Origin: a virus
Strand: one strand, 5' to 3'
IMG/VR virus record: IMGVR_UViG_3300049811_000081
Location: 46,305-110,304 of that record
Length of the DNA stretch: 64,000 bases
Shown: positions 26,453 through 36,043 of the stretch, one piece after another
How the letters are laid out: every line of letters begins with the position of its first letter
Numbering within the stretch: position 1 is the stretch's first letter
The notes under the pieces: model-generated
The model's input: the letters and a program-made list of their open reading frames with translations, nothing else
Databases searched by the model: none
What the model was told of the DNA's origin: nothing
Made by a program: the position numbers and the translations under genes

Positions 26453-26815
26453 ATGTCGGTAAGAATTGGGGATAAAATTTATGACGCGGAATACCTCACA
26501 ACACCAGAAGAAACAGAACGAGGGATGATGGGTAGAACCGAATTAGATGGGTGTATGGTCTTCAAATTGAATAAAGGTCATCATTCATTTTGGATGAAGG
26601 GGTGTAAAATACCATTGGATATTGTTTTTGTTTTAAACAATCGTATTTCTAAAATACATCAAAATTGTCCCGTTCCTGATGAGCACAGAATGAACCCCCC
26701 GAAATATACGGGAATTGGAGATCACGTTATTGAATTTCCTGCCGGTGTTGCTTCGGGATTTAAAGTGGGGGATCGGGTATCAATGTATCTTGGATCACCT
26801 GAAAATCCTGTATAA
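26453..26815 (+). CDS. DUF192 family protein
   Basis: TPEETERGMMGR, GCMVF, FWMKGCKIPLDIVF, VIEFPAG, GFKVGD. Confidence 0.9.
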   Translation: MSVRIGDKIYDAEYLTTPEETERGMMGRTELDGCMVFKLNKGHHSFWMKGCKIPLDIVFVLNNRISKIHQNCPVPDEHRMNPPKYTGIGDHVIEFPAGVASGFKVGDRVSMYLGSPENPV

Positions 26816-26826
26816 CGTCTTCTGTT

Positions 26827-27648
26827 TCATTTAAAATTCCTGATTGTTTTGACATTATCTAAAATAATTTTCTTTCTATTCAAATAGAATTCATCACAAT
26901 CTTTATATAAAAATTTTTTTATTTTTTCACATTTTCTATTACCCGAATAAAAAACATCGACAATATTGCCATTACATTTTTTACAAGGTAAAATCTTTGA
27001 GGGATTTATATTACACTCTTTGGATATTATATTATTGATTTCAACAATTAAATTATTATTTCCTGTAAAATATATTCTTGATTGATTTTTTTTGTTTATG
27101 TTTACTCCACCATCACCATCAAAAACTCCCCTAATAAAATGATTAATATACGCCTTATTTATTTTTGGGAATGTTGTAAAATGAGTTTTGTTTTTTATAC
27201 ATCCATGCTTTGTTAAATCTTCAGAAATTTTTTTTGAAAATATAGTTAATATACTAGTTTTTTTAACCGTATTATATCCCCCTTTTAGATGTGTTGTTTT
27301 TATGTTTCCTCCATATTCAATACATTTTTTGAATTTTTCTATAATCTCCACATCTTTTTCTGTTAGTGTAATTTTTAATCCTCTCCCCGTATTGCTTCCA
27401 TCACTATACATCAATCCTAAAAAATATGCTTTGTCTACACTATTAATCACATCAAAATAATCTTCATTTAATTTATATATCCTTTTGAATGATGGTCTTA
27501 TTTTTACATCATTTTTTTTTAAAATATACCTTATGCTTTGTGGAGAAACACCATATCTTTTAGAAATAACAATAGATGATAACCCGAATAAATAAGATTC
27601 GATAATTGATTTTATAGTATCCTGACTAAAATTTAGTTTCTTTCTCAT
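26827..27648 (-). mobile_element. Free-standing double-motif LAGLIDADG homing endonuclease with N-terminal HTH
   Basis: KAYFLGLMYSDGS and HFIRGVFDGDG motifs; N-terminal ISKRYGVSPQSIRYIL. Confidence 0.88.
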
Positions 27649-27787
27649 TAAAATATTTTATCAACAAATCATTTGTTAATGATGACAGATTAATGTGTTT
27701 TTCTTTTACTAATTTTTCAATTATAGGATCTATTGTTATGGTCACCCTAATTTTCTTAAGATTTTTATTCATTTTCTGTCTACCCAT
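27626..27787 (-). CDS. Small ribbon-helix-helix (CcdA-like) protein (53 aa, not in track)
   Basis: MGRQKM...KKIRVTITIDPIIEKLVKEKHINLSSLTNDLLIKYF; overlaps the endonuclease start. Confidence 0.6.
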   Translation of the reverse strand: MGRQKMNKNLKKIRVTITIDPIIEKLVKEKHINLSSLTNDLLIKYFNEKETKF

Positions 27788-27829
27788 AATAATAAATATA
27801 TGATTTATATAAAAAGTATTACTTATTGA

Positions 27830-28531
27830 TTAAATACCGAAATAAAAATTTTTAAAATCTTCTTTTTTAAAAACCTGAAAATACGAGTGATATTTTCTAC
27901 CGTGTTGTTGATTTGCATGTTTCGGGCTTATAATTCTATTTTTTGCCAAAAGAATAAACAAATCTTTGGGGTAGAACCCTACTTTAACCGCCATATTATG
28001 GCTATAATTGTGTAAAAGATATTGAATTCCTCCACTTATCTGATCCTGAGTTTTAAAAATTAAAATTCCATTTGGTTTTAAAACTCTATGCGATTCATTA
28101 ATCCAATGTTGGTAGGAATCCAACAATTCATTTATATTTCTATATCCAGAAAATCTTTTTCCGATTATACAGCTACCCGTTTTATATTCCTTTACATTTT
28201 TATTTCCTTGAATAATAAAAGGTAAGTCAACCATAATAGTATCGATAGATTCATCGTCGAGTGGGATAAATTCTCCCAAATCTAAAGTATCTTCTGTTTG
28301 TGGAAATTTATCAAATTTAAATTTTGGTTTTGGTATTCCTGTTTTTTTATAAAAATTACCTTTTGAATATGTTATATCGCAATCAATCAAACCACTAGGG
28401 ACATGTAATTTTAGTATGTTTTTAATGATTACTCCCTGATCATAATCGATAGATTTAATAACATCATTATTTGTTGATTTAGTTTTCTCGACCCCATTTT
28501 CTTCTATTTTAGAAATCATACTGGTATCCAT
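27830..28531 (-). CDS. Orphan amino-DNA methyltransferase (N6-A/N4-C type)
   Basis: DCDITYSKGNFY, SIDTIMVDLPF, ESHRVLKPNGILIFKTQD. Confidence 0.8.
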   Translation of the reverse strand: MDTSMISKIEENGVEKTKSTNNDVIKSIDYDQGVIIKNILKLHVPSGLIDCDITYSKGNFYKKTGIPKPKFKFDKFPQTEDTLDLGEFIPLDDESIDTIMVDLPFIIQGNKNVKEYKTGSCIIGKRFSGYRNINELLDSYQHWINESHRVLKPNGILIFKTQDQISGGIQYLLHNYSHNMAVKVGFYPKDLFILLAKNRIISPKHANQQHGRKYHSYFQVFKKEDFKNFYFGI

Positions 28532-28605
28532 TGATTTTATATTTTTATTTAACTATATTTTTATTATTAAAATAATAAACTAAAATATTTATAAAAAAAA
28601 ATACT

Positions 28606-28755
28606 ATGAGTTGTGGATGCAAGGGTAAAAAACCCGCTGAACAAACAAATACAGTAAATAATCCAGTAAACATTAGTGTAAAGGTTAACGAAACTCAAAC
28701 AGGTCAGTCAACCAATACTAATACTACTGATAAAAAAGATAACACAAATTCTTAA
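28606..28755 (+). CDS. 49-aa MSCGCK micro-protein (not in track)
   Basis: MSCGCKGKKPAEQTNT...; ATATTTAT at 28585-28592 upstream. Confidence 0.6.
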   Translation: MSCGCKGKKPAEQTNTVNNPVNISVKVNETQTGQSTNTNTTDKKDNTNS

Positions 28756-28819
28756 TTAAATAACATCAAAATTTGATCGGGTTTTCTATTTTATATATTT
28801 ATATATAAAATATATAACA

Positions 28820-29020
28820 ATGCAAGAAGATTTAACGAAACTAACGAGTGTAAAAATAATTAGAAAAAATTATTTTGATTTTAAGAAAGCAACTGCCCAT
28901 ACAAATATCACGTTACAAAAATTTGTAAACAGGGCACTGGACTTGTACCTAACAAACACAGAATTTAAGGAAAAAGTGGATGGTCACGAAACAAGTGGAG
29001 TTAAAAACTCAAAATATTGA
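28820..29020 (+). CDS. Small ribbon-helix-helix-like protein heading the glycan cluster
   Basis: KLTSVKI...FKK...TLQKFVNRALDLYL; ATATTTAT at 28795-28802. Confidence 0.6.
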   Translation: MQEDLTKLTSVKIIRKNYFDFKKATAHTNITLQKFVNRALDLYLTNTEFKEKVDGHETSGVKNSKY

Positions 29021-29023
29021 TTA

Positions 29024-30397
29024 ATGAAGAAAAAAATATTGTTATTATGTGACGATCTTAGATTGGTCTCAGGTGTAGCCACAATGGCCAAGGAGATTGT
29101 TTATGGTACCGTTCATAAGTACGATTGGGTTCAACTTGGAGCAGCAATAAAAAACCCAGATTATGGTAAAATAGTTGATTTAAACGAAGAAGTTAGAAAA
29201 GAAACGGGGGTACCTGACGCTAATGTCAAAATAATTCCTAATAACGACTACGGTAACATATTTCTTCTTAGAAATCTCATAAAAGAAGAAAAACCAGACG
29301 CTATATTACACTTTACCGATCCACATTTTTGGGAATGGTTATATAACAACGAAAATGAAATAAGACAACAAATACCTATTTTATTTTATCATGTTTGGGA
29401 TAGTCTACCAAATCCCCAATATAATAGAAACTATTATGAAAGTTGTGATTGGATAGGTTGTATCTCAAGACAAACATATGGTATCGTCAATAACGTTGGA
29501 AAAAGAACGGATTTCAAAACATTTAAACCATTAGAAGATTGGCAAATAGATTATGTTCCACATGGGGTAAATCCAAATGTTTTTAAACCTCTTGAGGAAA
29601 TTAATAAAGACATAAGAAAAACCGTATTTAATGGCAGTGAATTTGATTTCGTTATATTCTACAATAGTAGAAATATCAGAAGAAAACAACCATCGGATAT
29701 CATTTATTCATTTAAGTTGTTTTGTGATCAATTACCCAAAGAACGAGCTGATAGGTGTTTATTATTGATGAGAACCGAATCTGTTGACGAAAACGGTACT
29801 GATTTAGTTAGGGTATCCGAAGATCTGGCACCAAACTGTAAAATACATTTTTTGGATGTTAGAATAAGTCAAAGTGAATTGAATGAACTATATAACATCG
29901 CAGATTGTACCGTGAATATTTCCAATAATGAGGGATTTGGTATTTCAACAATTGAAAGTTTAATGGCTGGAACTCCCATAATTGTTAATGTAACTGGAGG
30001 TCTACAAGACCAATGTGGGTTTAATATTGATGGTAAAGAATTTACCGAAAAAGATTATATCGATATTGGATCATTACATAATAAAGAGAAATGGTCTCAT
30101 ATCGATCATGGTAATTGGTGTATTCCGATTTGGTCGGTTTCACAAACAATTAATGGGTCCCCGATGACCCCATATATCTTTGAAGATAGGATTAATCATG
30201 ATGATGTGTCAGATACATTTATGCAAATGTACCTATTAGGTAGAGATAGACGAAAAAAAATGGGTTTAGAGGGTAGAGATTGGGTGATGAAAAACTTTTC
30301 CTCAAGTGTAATGTGTGAAAAAATGATAAACGGAATTGAGACCGCGTTTAATAAATTCAAAAAGAAAGAAAAATATAGATTATACAAAATCATATGA
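29024..30397 (+). CDS. GT4-like glycosyltransferase
   Basis: SGVATMAK, NSRNIRRKQ, LYNIAD...SNNEGFGISTIESLMAGTPII. Confidence 0.9.
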   Translation: MKKKILLLCDDLRLVSGVATMAKEIVYGTVHKYDWVQLGAAIKNPDYGKIVDLNEEVRKETGVPDANVKIIPNNDYGNIFLLRNLIKEEKPDAILHFTDPHFWEWLYNNENEIRQQIPILFYHVWDSLPNPQYNRNYYESCDWIGCISRQTYGIVNNVGKRTDFKTFKPLEDWQIDYVPHGVNPNVFKPLEEINKDIRKTVFNGSEFDFVIFYNSRNIRRKQPSDIIYSFKLFCDQLPKERADRCLLLMRTESVDENGTDLVRVSEDLAPNCKIHFLDVRISQSELNELYNIADCTVNISNNEGFGISTIESLMAGTPIIVNVTGGLQDQCGFNIDGKEFTEKDYIDIGSLHNKEKWSHIDHGNWCIPIWSVSQTINGSPMTPYIFEDRINHDDVSDTFMQMYLLGRDRRKKMGLEGRDWVMKNFSSSVMCEKMINGIETAFNKFKKKEKYRLYKII

Positions 30398-31644
30398 ATA
30401 GACCATTTTTATTATTTAGAGGACCGGTAGAAAGTGTGTCGGGGTATGGTTCACATTCCAGAGATTTATTGAGAGCATTATATGATATGGATCTATTTCA
30501 TATCAGAGTAGATAGTTCCAATTGGGGGATTACTCCATTAACCGCTTTGGAAGATAATAATCTATTTCATAAATGGATTAAAGATAATATTGTTACGAAT
30601 ATTCAATCCATACCCGACGTTTATGTTCAAGTTACGGTTCCCAACGAATTCAGACCTATTGGAAAGTTTAACATCGGAATAACTGCGGGCATAGAGACAA
30701 CCATAATACCTTTCGATTGGATTGATGGTTGTAATAAAATGGATTTAATTATTACAACATCACAATTTTCGAAAACTGTTTTAAGTGAGACCGTTTATGA
30801 TGAAAAAAATAAAGAAACTAATCAAGTAATAAAACAACATAGGATAATCAAACCCATTGAAGTTTTATTTGAGGGTGCCGACACAAACATATATAATGAC
30901 GTATATAAAAATTTTGATTTGGATATTTCAGAAGATTTTTGCTTTGTTTTCGTCGGTCATTGGTTAAAAGGAAATTTGGGTGAGGATAGGAAAAATATTG
31001 GTTGGTTGATTAAAACTTTTGTGGATACGTTTAAAAATGAACCCAACAAACCCGCACTAATACTTAAAACATCTTCGGGAACATTTTCTGTTATTGACAG
31101 AGAATCGATCAGGGAAAAGATAATGAAATTGATTGCGGGTATTGAGAACCCACCTTCAATATATCTATTATTTGGTGATCTAACAGATGAAGAAATGAAT
31201 AATCTCTATAATCACCCAAAGGTTAAGGCTATGGTTAGTTTCACACGCGGAGAGGGTTTCGGTAGACCTTTATTGGAATTTACAATGACGGGGAAGCCCG
31301 TAATAGCATCAAACTGGTCTGGTCATAAAGATTTTTTAAATGAACATTATTCAGTTCTACTTAGTGGGACATTAACTCCTGTTCATGATAGTGCTGTTGA
31401 TCAATTTATTTTGAAAGATAGTCGTTGGTTTAGTGTTGACTACAAAAACGCGTCGTTTGTTTTGAAACAGGTAAAAGATAACTACGATTTTTTTCTTAAA
31501 AAATCAAATACGTTAATGAACATTAATAAAGTGAAATTCTCCTATACTAAAATGGTGGAAGCATTTAAAGATATTATTACCCCACATTTACCAAACATTT
31601 CAGAAAATAGTTTATTATTACCAGAATTAACAAAAGTTGCATGA
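30394..31644 (+). CDS. GT4-like glycosyltransferase
   Basis: SGYGSHSR, DRKNIG, TRGEGFGRPLLEF...GKPVIASNWSGH. Confidence 0.9.
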   Translation: MNRPFLLFRGPVESVSGYGSHSRDLLRALYDMDLFHIRVDSSNWGITPLTALEDNNLFHKWIKDNIVTNIQSIPDVYVQVTVPNEFRPIGKFNIGITAGIETTIIPFDWIDGCNKMDLIITTSQFSKTVLSETVYDEKNKETNQVIKQHRIIKPIEVLFEGADTNIYNDVYKNFDLDISEDFCFVFVGHWLKGNLGEDRKNIGWLIKTFVDTFKNEPNKPALILKTSSGTFSVIDRESIREKIMKLIAGIENPPSIYLLFGDLTDEEMNNLYNHPKVKAMVSFTRGEGFGRPLLEFTMTGKPVIASNWSGHKDFLNEHYSVLLSGTLTPVHDSAVDQFILKDSRWFSVDYKNASFVLKQVKDNYDFFLKKSNTLMNINKVKFSYTKMVEAFKDIITPHLPNISENSLLLPELTKVA

Positions 31645-32252
31645 TAAATTTAATTTACGGTATTACCGTGTGTGATGAACACGAAGAGATAATTAGATTA
31701 TTAAATCTATTAAAAAATAATACCAAAGATGAGATTGTTGTCCAATACGATTTAACAAAAACCCCACAATCATTGCTTGATGACATAAAAAAATATGATG
31801 TTAAAATCTTTGAACAACCATTTAATGGAGACTTTTCTAAATTTAAGAATGAGTTAAATTTAACTTGTCAAATTCTTGGGGCGGACTATATATTCCAATT
31901 AGATGCTGACGAACTTTTATCAGAAACACTAATTAAAAGTGTAAAGTCAATGGTGTATCGAAATAGTGAGTGTGAATTATTTTACTTACCGAGAATAAAT
32001 ACTGTTCAAGGTATCACCGAAGAACATGTCAAAATGTGGGGATGGTCAATTAATGAAAAAGGTTATATAAACTTCCCCGATAATCAAGGAAGAATATTTC
32101 GTTCCCATTTAAGATGGGGAGGTAAAGTTCATGAAAGTATTGTAGGAATGAAAAACTACATGTTCTTCCCGATAAAGGAAGAATATTGTATCATACATAA
32201 CAAAACAATAGAAAAACAAGAAAAACAAAATACATTATATTCCGGGTTGTAA
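31641..32252 (+). CDS. GT2-like glycosyltransferase
   Basis: DFSKFKN, YIFQLDADE, FPDNQGRI, WGGKVHE. Confidence 0.85.
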   Translation: MINLIYGITVCDEHEEIIRLLNLLKNNTKDEIVVQYDLTKTPQSLLDDIKKYDVKIFEQPFNGDFSKFKNELNLTCQILGADYIFQLDADELLSETLIKSVKSMVYRNSECELFYLPRINTVQGITEEHVKMWGWSINEKGYINFPDNQGRIFRSHLRWGGKVHESIVGMKNYMFFPIKEEYCIIHNKTIEKQEKQNTLYSGL

Positions 32253-32288
32253 TTCCTTTTTAGACATATTTTATTTATATTTTATCAT

Positions 32289-33260
32289 ATGTCTAAAAGA
32301 GCGTTAATAACGGGAATAAATGGGATGGATGGTTCTCATTTATCAGATTTCTTACTTACAAAAGGATATGAAATTTTTGGCTTAGAAAGAAGAAAGGCTA
32401 ATTATTATTCCCCAAACATAGAACACCTAATTGGTAAAATCACTTTACTAAAAGGTGACTTGTCGGATCAAAATTCACTTTTAAGAGCAATAAAAGATTG
32501 TGAACCACATGAAATATACAATTTGGGTGCTCAATCTTTTGTGGGTGAAAGTTGGCAGATGCCAGAACAGACTTCGGATATTACGGGGTTAGGTGCTTTA
32601 AGAATGCTCGAAGCGATAAGAGAGCATGGTAATAAAGAAATAAAATTTTATCAAGCATCGTCTTCAGAGATGTTTGGTAAAATGACAGGAATAGCAAATG
32701 AAGAGACTTGTTTTTATCCGTGTTCGCCATATGGTGTTGCTAAGCTTTACGCTCATTGGATAACAAAAAACTACCGAGAATCATATGGTATGTTTGCGGT
32801 ATCTGGAATTTTATTCAATCACGAATCTGAAAGGAGAGGACACGAATTTGTCACCAGGAAAATTTCCGATGGGGTTGCGAGAATATATCTTGGATTATCG
32901 GATCATTTAACATTAGGGAATTTAGATCCAATTAGGGATTGGGGTTATGCCCCAGATTATGTCGAAGGTATGTGGTTAATGTTACAACAAGAAACACCTG
33001 ACGATTATGTTTTAAGTACCGCATTATCACATTCTGTTAAAGATTTTTTAACCGAGGCTTTTAATATCATAGGAATTACGGATTGGCAACCATATGTTGT
33101 TCAAGATCCAAAACTAATGAGACCCGTTGAAGTTAATTACTTATTAGGTGATTACTCTAAAGCAAAAAGAGAGTTGGGTTGGGAACCGAAAACATCCTTT
33201 AAAGATTTGGTTAAAATAATGGTCGAAAACGATATAAAACTACTTTCAAAAAATGTCTGA
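32289..33260 (+). CDS. gmd: GDP-mannose 4,6-dehydratase
   Basis: ALITGINGMDGS, YNLGAQSFV, FYQASSSEMFG, SPYGVAKLY, ILFNHES, FVTRKI, RDWG. Confidence 0.96.
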   Translation: MSKRALITGINGMDGSHLSDFLLTKGYEIFGLERRKANYYSPNIEHLIGKITLLKGDLSDQNSLLRAIKDCEPHEIYNLGAQSFVGESWQMPEQTSDITGLGALRMLEAIREHGNKEIKFYQASSSEMFGKMTGIANEETCFYPCSPYGVAKLYAHWITKNYRESYGMFAVSGILFNHESERRGHEFVTRKISDGVARIYLGLSDHLTLGNLDPIRDWGYAPDYVEGMWLMLQQETPDDYVLSTALSHSVKDFLTEAFNIIGITDWQPYVVQDPKLMRPVEVNYLLGDYSKAKRELGWEPKTSFKDLVKIMVENDIKLLSKNV

Positions 33261-34194
33261 TATTTTATTTTTAAATCACAAAAAATCGCAATGTGGAATA
33301 TATGAAATAGGTAATAGAATTTATGAATTAATAGATAAGAACATAATACCTATTGAATATATCGATACGGTTCCAAATAAAGACGGTGTTTATGATTTTG
33401 TTTTCTTTATGGATAAACACAAACCAAAATGTGTTTTTGTGAATTATTTTGTTTTGACGCTTCCATACATAAATAAAAAACTTTTTAAGCAGTTCCCAAA
33501 TACCAAATTTATAGGTATTATACACGATCCATTAAGTCTCCCATATATCCAAATGTATGATAATACATTTGATTATTGGATAATACATGATGAAACTAAT
33601 CAGATATCCAGCAATAAGAAGTTTAACACCATTAGACCAATAAGAAGATTTGAAAAGAAAGAAAATAATAACGGCGTATTAAACATCGGTTCTCACGGGT
33701 TTAGTGTTTCTCCTTGGAAAATGTTTGATAGGATTATTAAAATAATCCATGACGAGTTTAATGAGGTAAACATAAATATGAATATTACCCAAGCAACATT
33801 TGGGGGAACTAACGATAGTGGAAAATTTAATGAATGGAAAAAATTAATTACAAAACCAAATGTAAACTTAAACATTACAAACACGTATTTCGATAAAGAA
33901 ATTGACCTCATATCATTTCTATCTAAAAATGATATGAACATATATTTCTATAATGCTCAACCCCATGTTGGTATTGGTGGTAGCGCGGATCTGGTAATAA
34001 GTGCTCAAACAAGTTTGGTTGTAAATAATACACACATGTATAGACATTTACATGAACATCTCGGGTATTACGAGCAGACAAATTCTTTGCGTTCTTTTTT
34101 GGGTAATCATACTAAAGTAAAAGAACTATATGATATGTGGTCACCTGAGAGATTAACGAATGACTATAAAAAAATTCTTGAATTAATATTATGA
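33253..34194 (+). CDS. Putative GT-B glycosyltransferase, paralogue 1 of 3
   Basis: ILFLN...CGIYEIG, IGSHGF, DMNIYFY, HMYRH shared with the next two ORFs. Confidence 0.6.
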   Translation: MSDILFLNHKKSQCGIYEIGNRIYELIDKNIIPIEYIDTVPNKDGVYDFVFFMDKHKPKCVFVNYFVLTLPYINKKLFKQFPNTKFIGIIHDPLSLPYIQMYDNTFDYWIIHDETNQISSNKKFNTIRPIRRFEKKENNNGVLNIGSHGFSVSPWKMFDRIIKIIHDEFNEVNINMNITQATFGGTNDSGKFNEWKKLITKPNVNLNITNTYFDKEIDLISFLSKNDMNIYFYNAQPHVGIGGSADLVISAQTSLVVNNTHMYRHLHEHLGYYEQTNSLRSFLGNHTKVKELYDMWSPERLTNDYKKILELIL

Positions 34195-35111
34195 AAGATA
34201 TTCTTATTGTTAACAGGTCTAAAACAAATTGCGGTATATACCAATATGGTATAAACATCTTCCAATCATTAAAAAATAGTGATGTAAACAACTATTATCA
34301 CTTTGAGTGTGATAGTCAAAATGAATTTTTTAACTTCATTAAAGAACGTCATTATGATGTGGTTATTTTTAATTGGTATAGACCAATAATGAGTTGGGTG
34401 AACGATAATACCACAACTTATTTATATGATAGAAGAATAAAGACGTACTTTATATATCATGATGGGGATTACCCAACTTTTAAATATACGAAATCAATTT
34501 TATATAATGATCCGACGAAGATTGTAAATTACCTATATGAATTTAATATTGGTAGATGTTTATTTGATTACCCAAATAATGATAAACCGAAGGATAAAGT
34601 AATTATATCTTCTTTTGGGTTTGGCTTTATGGATAAGGGGTTTGATGATGTGATTAAAAGAGTTAATGATGAATTTGAAAACGCCACTATTAGATTACAC
34701 ATGCCAAATGCAAGTGTAGATCCGTCAGGTATACTAAGAAACAAGACAATAGAAAACTGTTATAAGGAATTAAATAATAAAAATGAATTACTGATAACGT
34801 CAGATTATAAAAACACTAATGATTTATTGGATTGGTTAAATGAGAGTACCATTAATTGTTTTTTTTATCATAAAAAACAAAGCAATGGTATTTCTTCTGT
34901 TATTGATTATGCCCTATCTGTTCCTGTTCCCATTGCGGTTACCGAATGTGATATGTTTAGACATATAAAAAATGATGACATTTCAATTGAAAAAAATTCA
35001 TTAAAACAAATAATTGAAAAAGGGTTATCTCCAACAAAAAATTTTAGAGAGAAGTGGTCTAATGAAAATTTTAGGATAAACTTTGATAAAATCATGAATG
35101 AAAATGGATAA
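34191..35111 (+). CDS. Putative GT-B glycosyltransferase, paralogue 2 of 3
   Basis: ILIVN...CGIYQYG, ISSFGFGFMDKGF, GISSVIDYALS, DMFRH. Confidence 0.6.
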   Translation: MKDILIVNRSKTNCGIYQYGINIFQSLKNSDVNNYYHFECDSQNEFFNFIKERHYDVVIFNWYRPIMSWVNDNTTTYLYDRRIKTYFIYHDGDYPTFKYTKSILYNDPTKIVNYLYEFNIGRCLFDYPNNDKPKDKVIISSFGFGFMDKGFDDVIKRVNDEFENATIRLHMPNASVDPSGILRNKTIENCYKELNNKNELLITSDYKNTNDLLDWLNESTINCFFYHKKQSNGISSVIDYALSVPVPIAVTECDMFRHIKNDDISIEKNSLKQIIEKGLSPTKNFREKWSNENFRINFDKIMNENG

Positions 35112-36042
35112 TACCATATTGTTTGTAAATAGATTGAATAAAAATTGTGGGGTTATTGATTATGGTATTAGGTTATTTAATATAGTAAAAAAATCAACAA
35201 ATTTTAATATCGTATACCTACCTGTAGAAAACAGCGAGGACGTTGTTAATGGCATTAAGTTATACCAACCAAACATAGTTATATACAACTATTATCCATC
35301 GGTCTTACCTTTTATTACCGATGATTTGTTGTCCGATTTTAGAAACATTCCTCATGTGGGTATTCTCCACGAAATTGGTTTATATTTTACATCAAATGGT
35401 ATTCTTACTGTTGATAGTACCTATGATGACAGCATAGATGGGATATTTTCATTACCAAGACCATTATTTGAAGACATTGACATTACTGTTGAAAAAAATG
35501 AAATACCAACAATCGGTAGTTTTGGATTTGGTTTTCGGGATAAAAATTTCCCAAAAATTGCTGAGATGGTGTGCAACGAATTTGATATTGCGAAATTAAG
35601 ATTAAACATCCCATTCGCAACTTTTGGTGACCATGATGGGGCATCGGCTAAATATGAAATCGATAAAATAAAAGAAGTGATATCAAAAAATAATAAGAAC
35701 ATAAAATTAGAATACTCACATGATTTTTTAAACCATTCTGACTTATTAAAATTTTTAAAACAAAATGATGTAAATATATTCCTATACGATAAACACGAAA
35801 CGAGAAGTTTAAGTAGTACCATCGACTATGCTTTATCAATAAAAAAACCAATCGGTATTAGTGATAGTCATATGTTTAGACATATAAATTGGGTGACACC
35901 AACAATAATGCTTGACAATACTAATATTAAAGATATTATTAATAATGGTATAGAACCTTTAAATAAGTTATACGAAATACATAGTAATAAGAATTTGATT
36001 GAAAAATTCGAATATTCAATAAATAAATTTTTAAATAGATAA
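35098..36042 (+). CDS. Putative GT-B glycosyltransferase, paralogue 3 of 3
   Basis: ILFVN...CGVIDYG, IGSFGFGFRDKNF, SLSSTIDYALS, HMFRH. Confidence 0.6.
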   Translation: MKMDNTILFVNRLNKNCGVIDYGIRLFNIVKKSTNFNIVYLPVENSEDVVNGIKLYQPNIVIYNYYPSVLPFITDDLLSDFRNIPHVGILHEIGLYFTSNGILTVDSTYDDSIDGIFSLPRPLFEDIDITVEKNEIPTIGSFGFGFRDKNFPKIAEMVCNEFDIAKLRLNIPFATFGDHDGASAKYEIDKIKEVISKNNKNIKLEYSHDFLNHSDLLKFLKQNDVNIFLYDKHETRSLSSTIDYALSIKKPIGISDSHMFRHINWVTPTIMLDNTNIKDIINNGIEPLNKLYEIHSNKNLIEKFEYSINKFLNR

Positions 36043-36043
36043 T

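Noticed and set aside
26816-27830. Group I intron or intein around the LAGLIDADG gene
   Set aside because: Flanking genes look complete, there is no room for intron core structure, and no intein splice motifs are present
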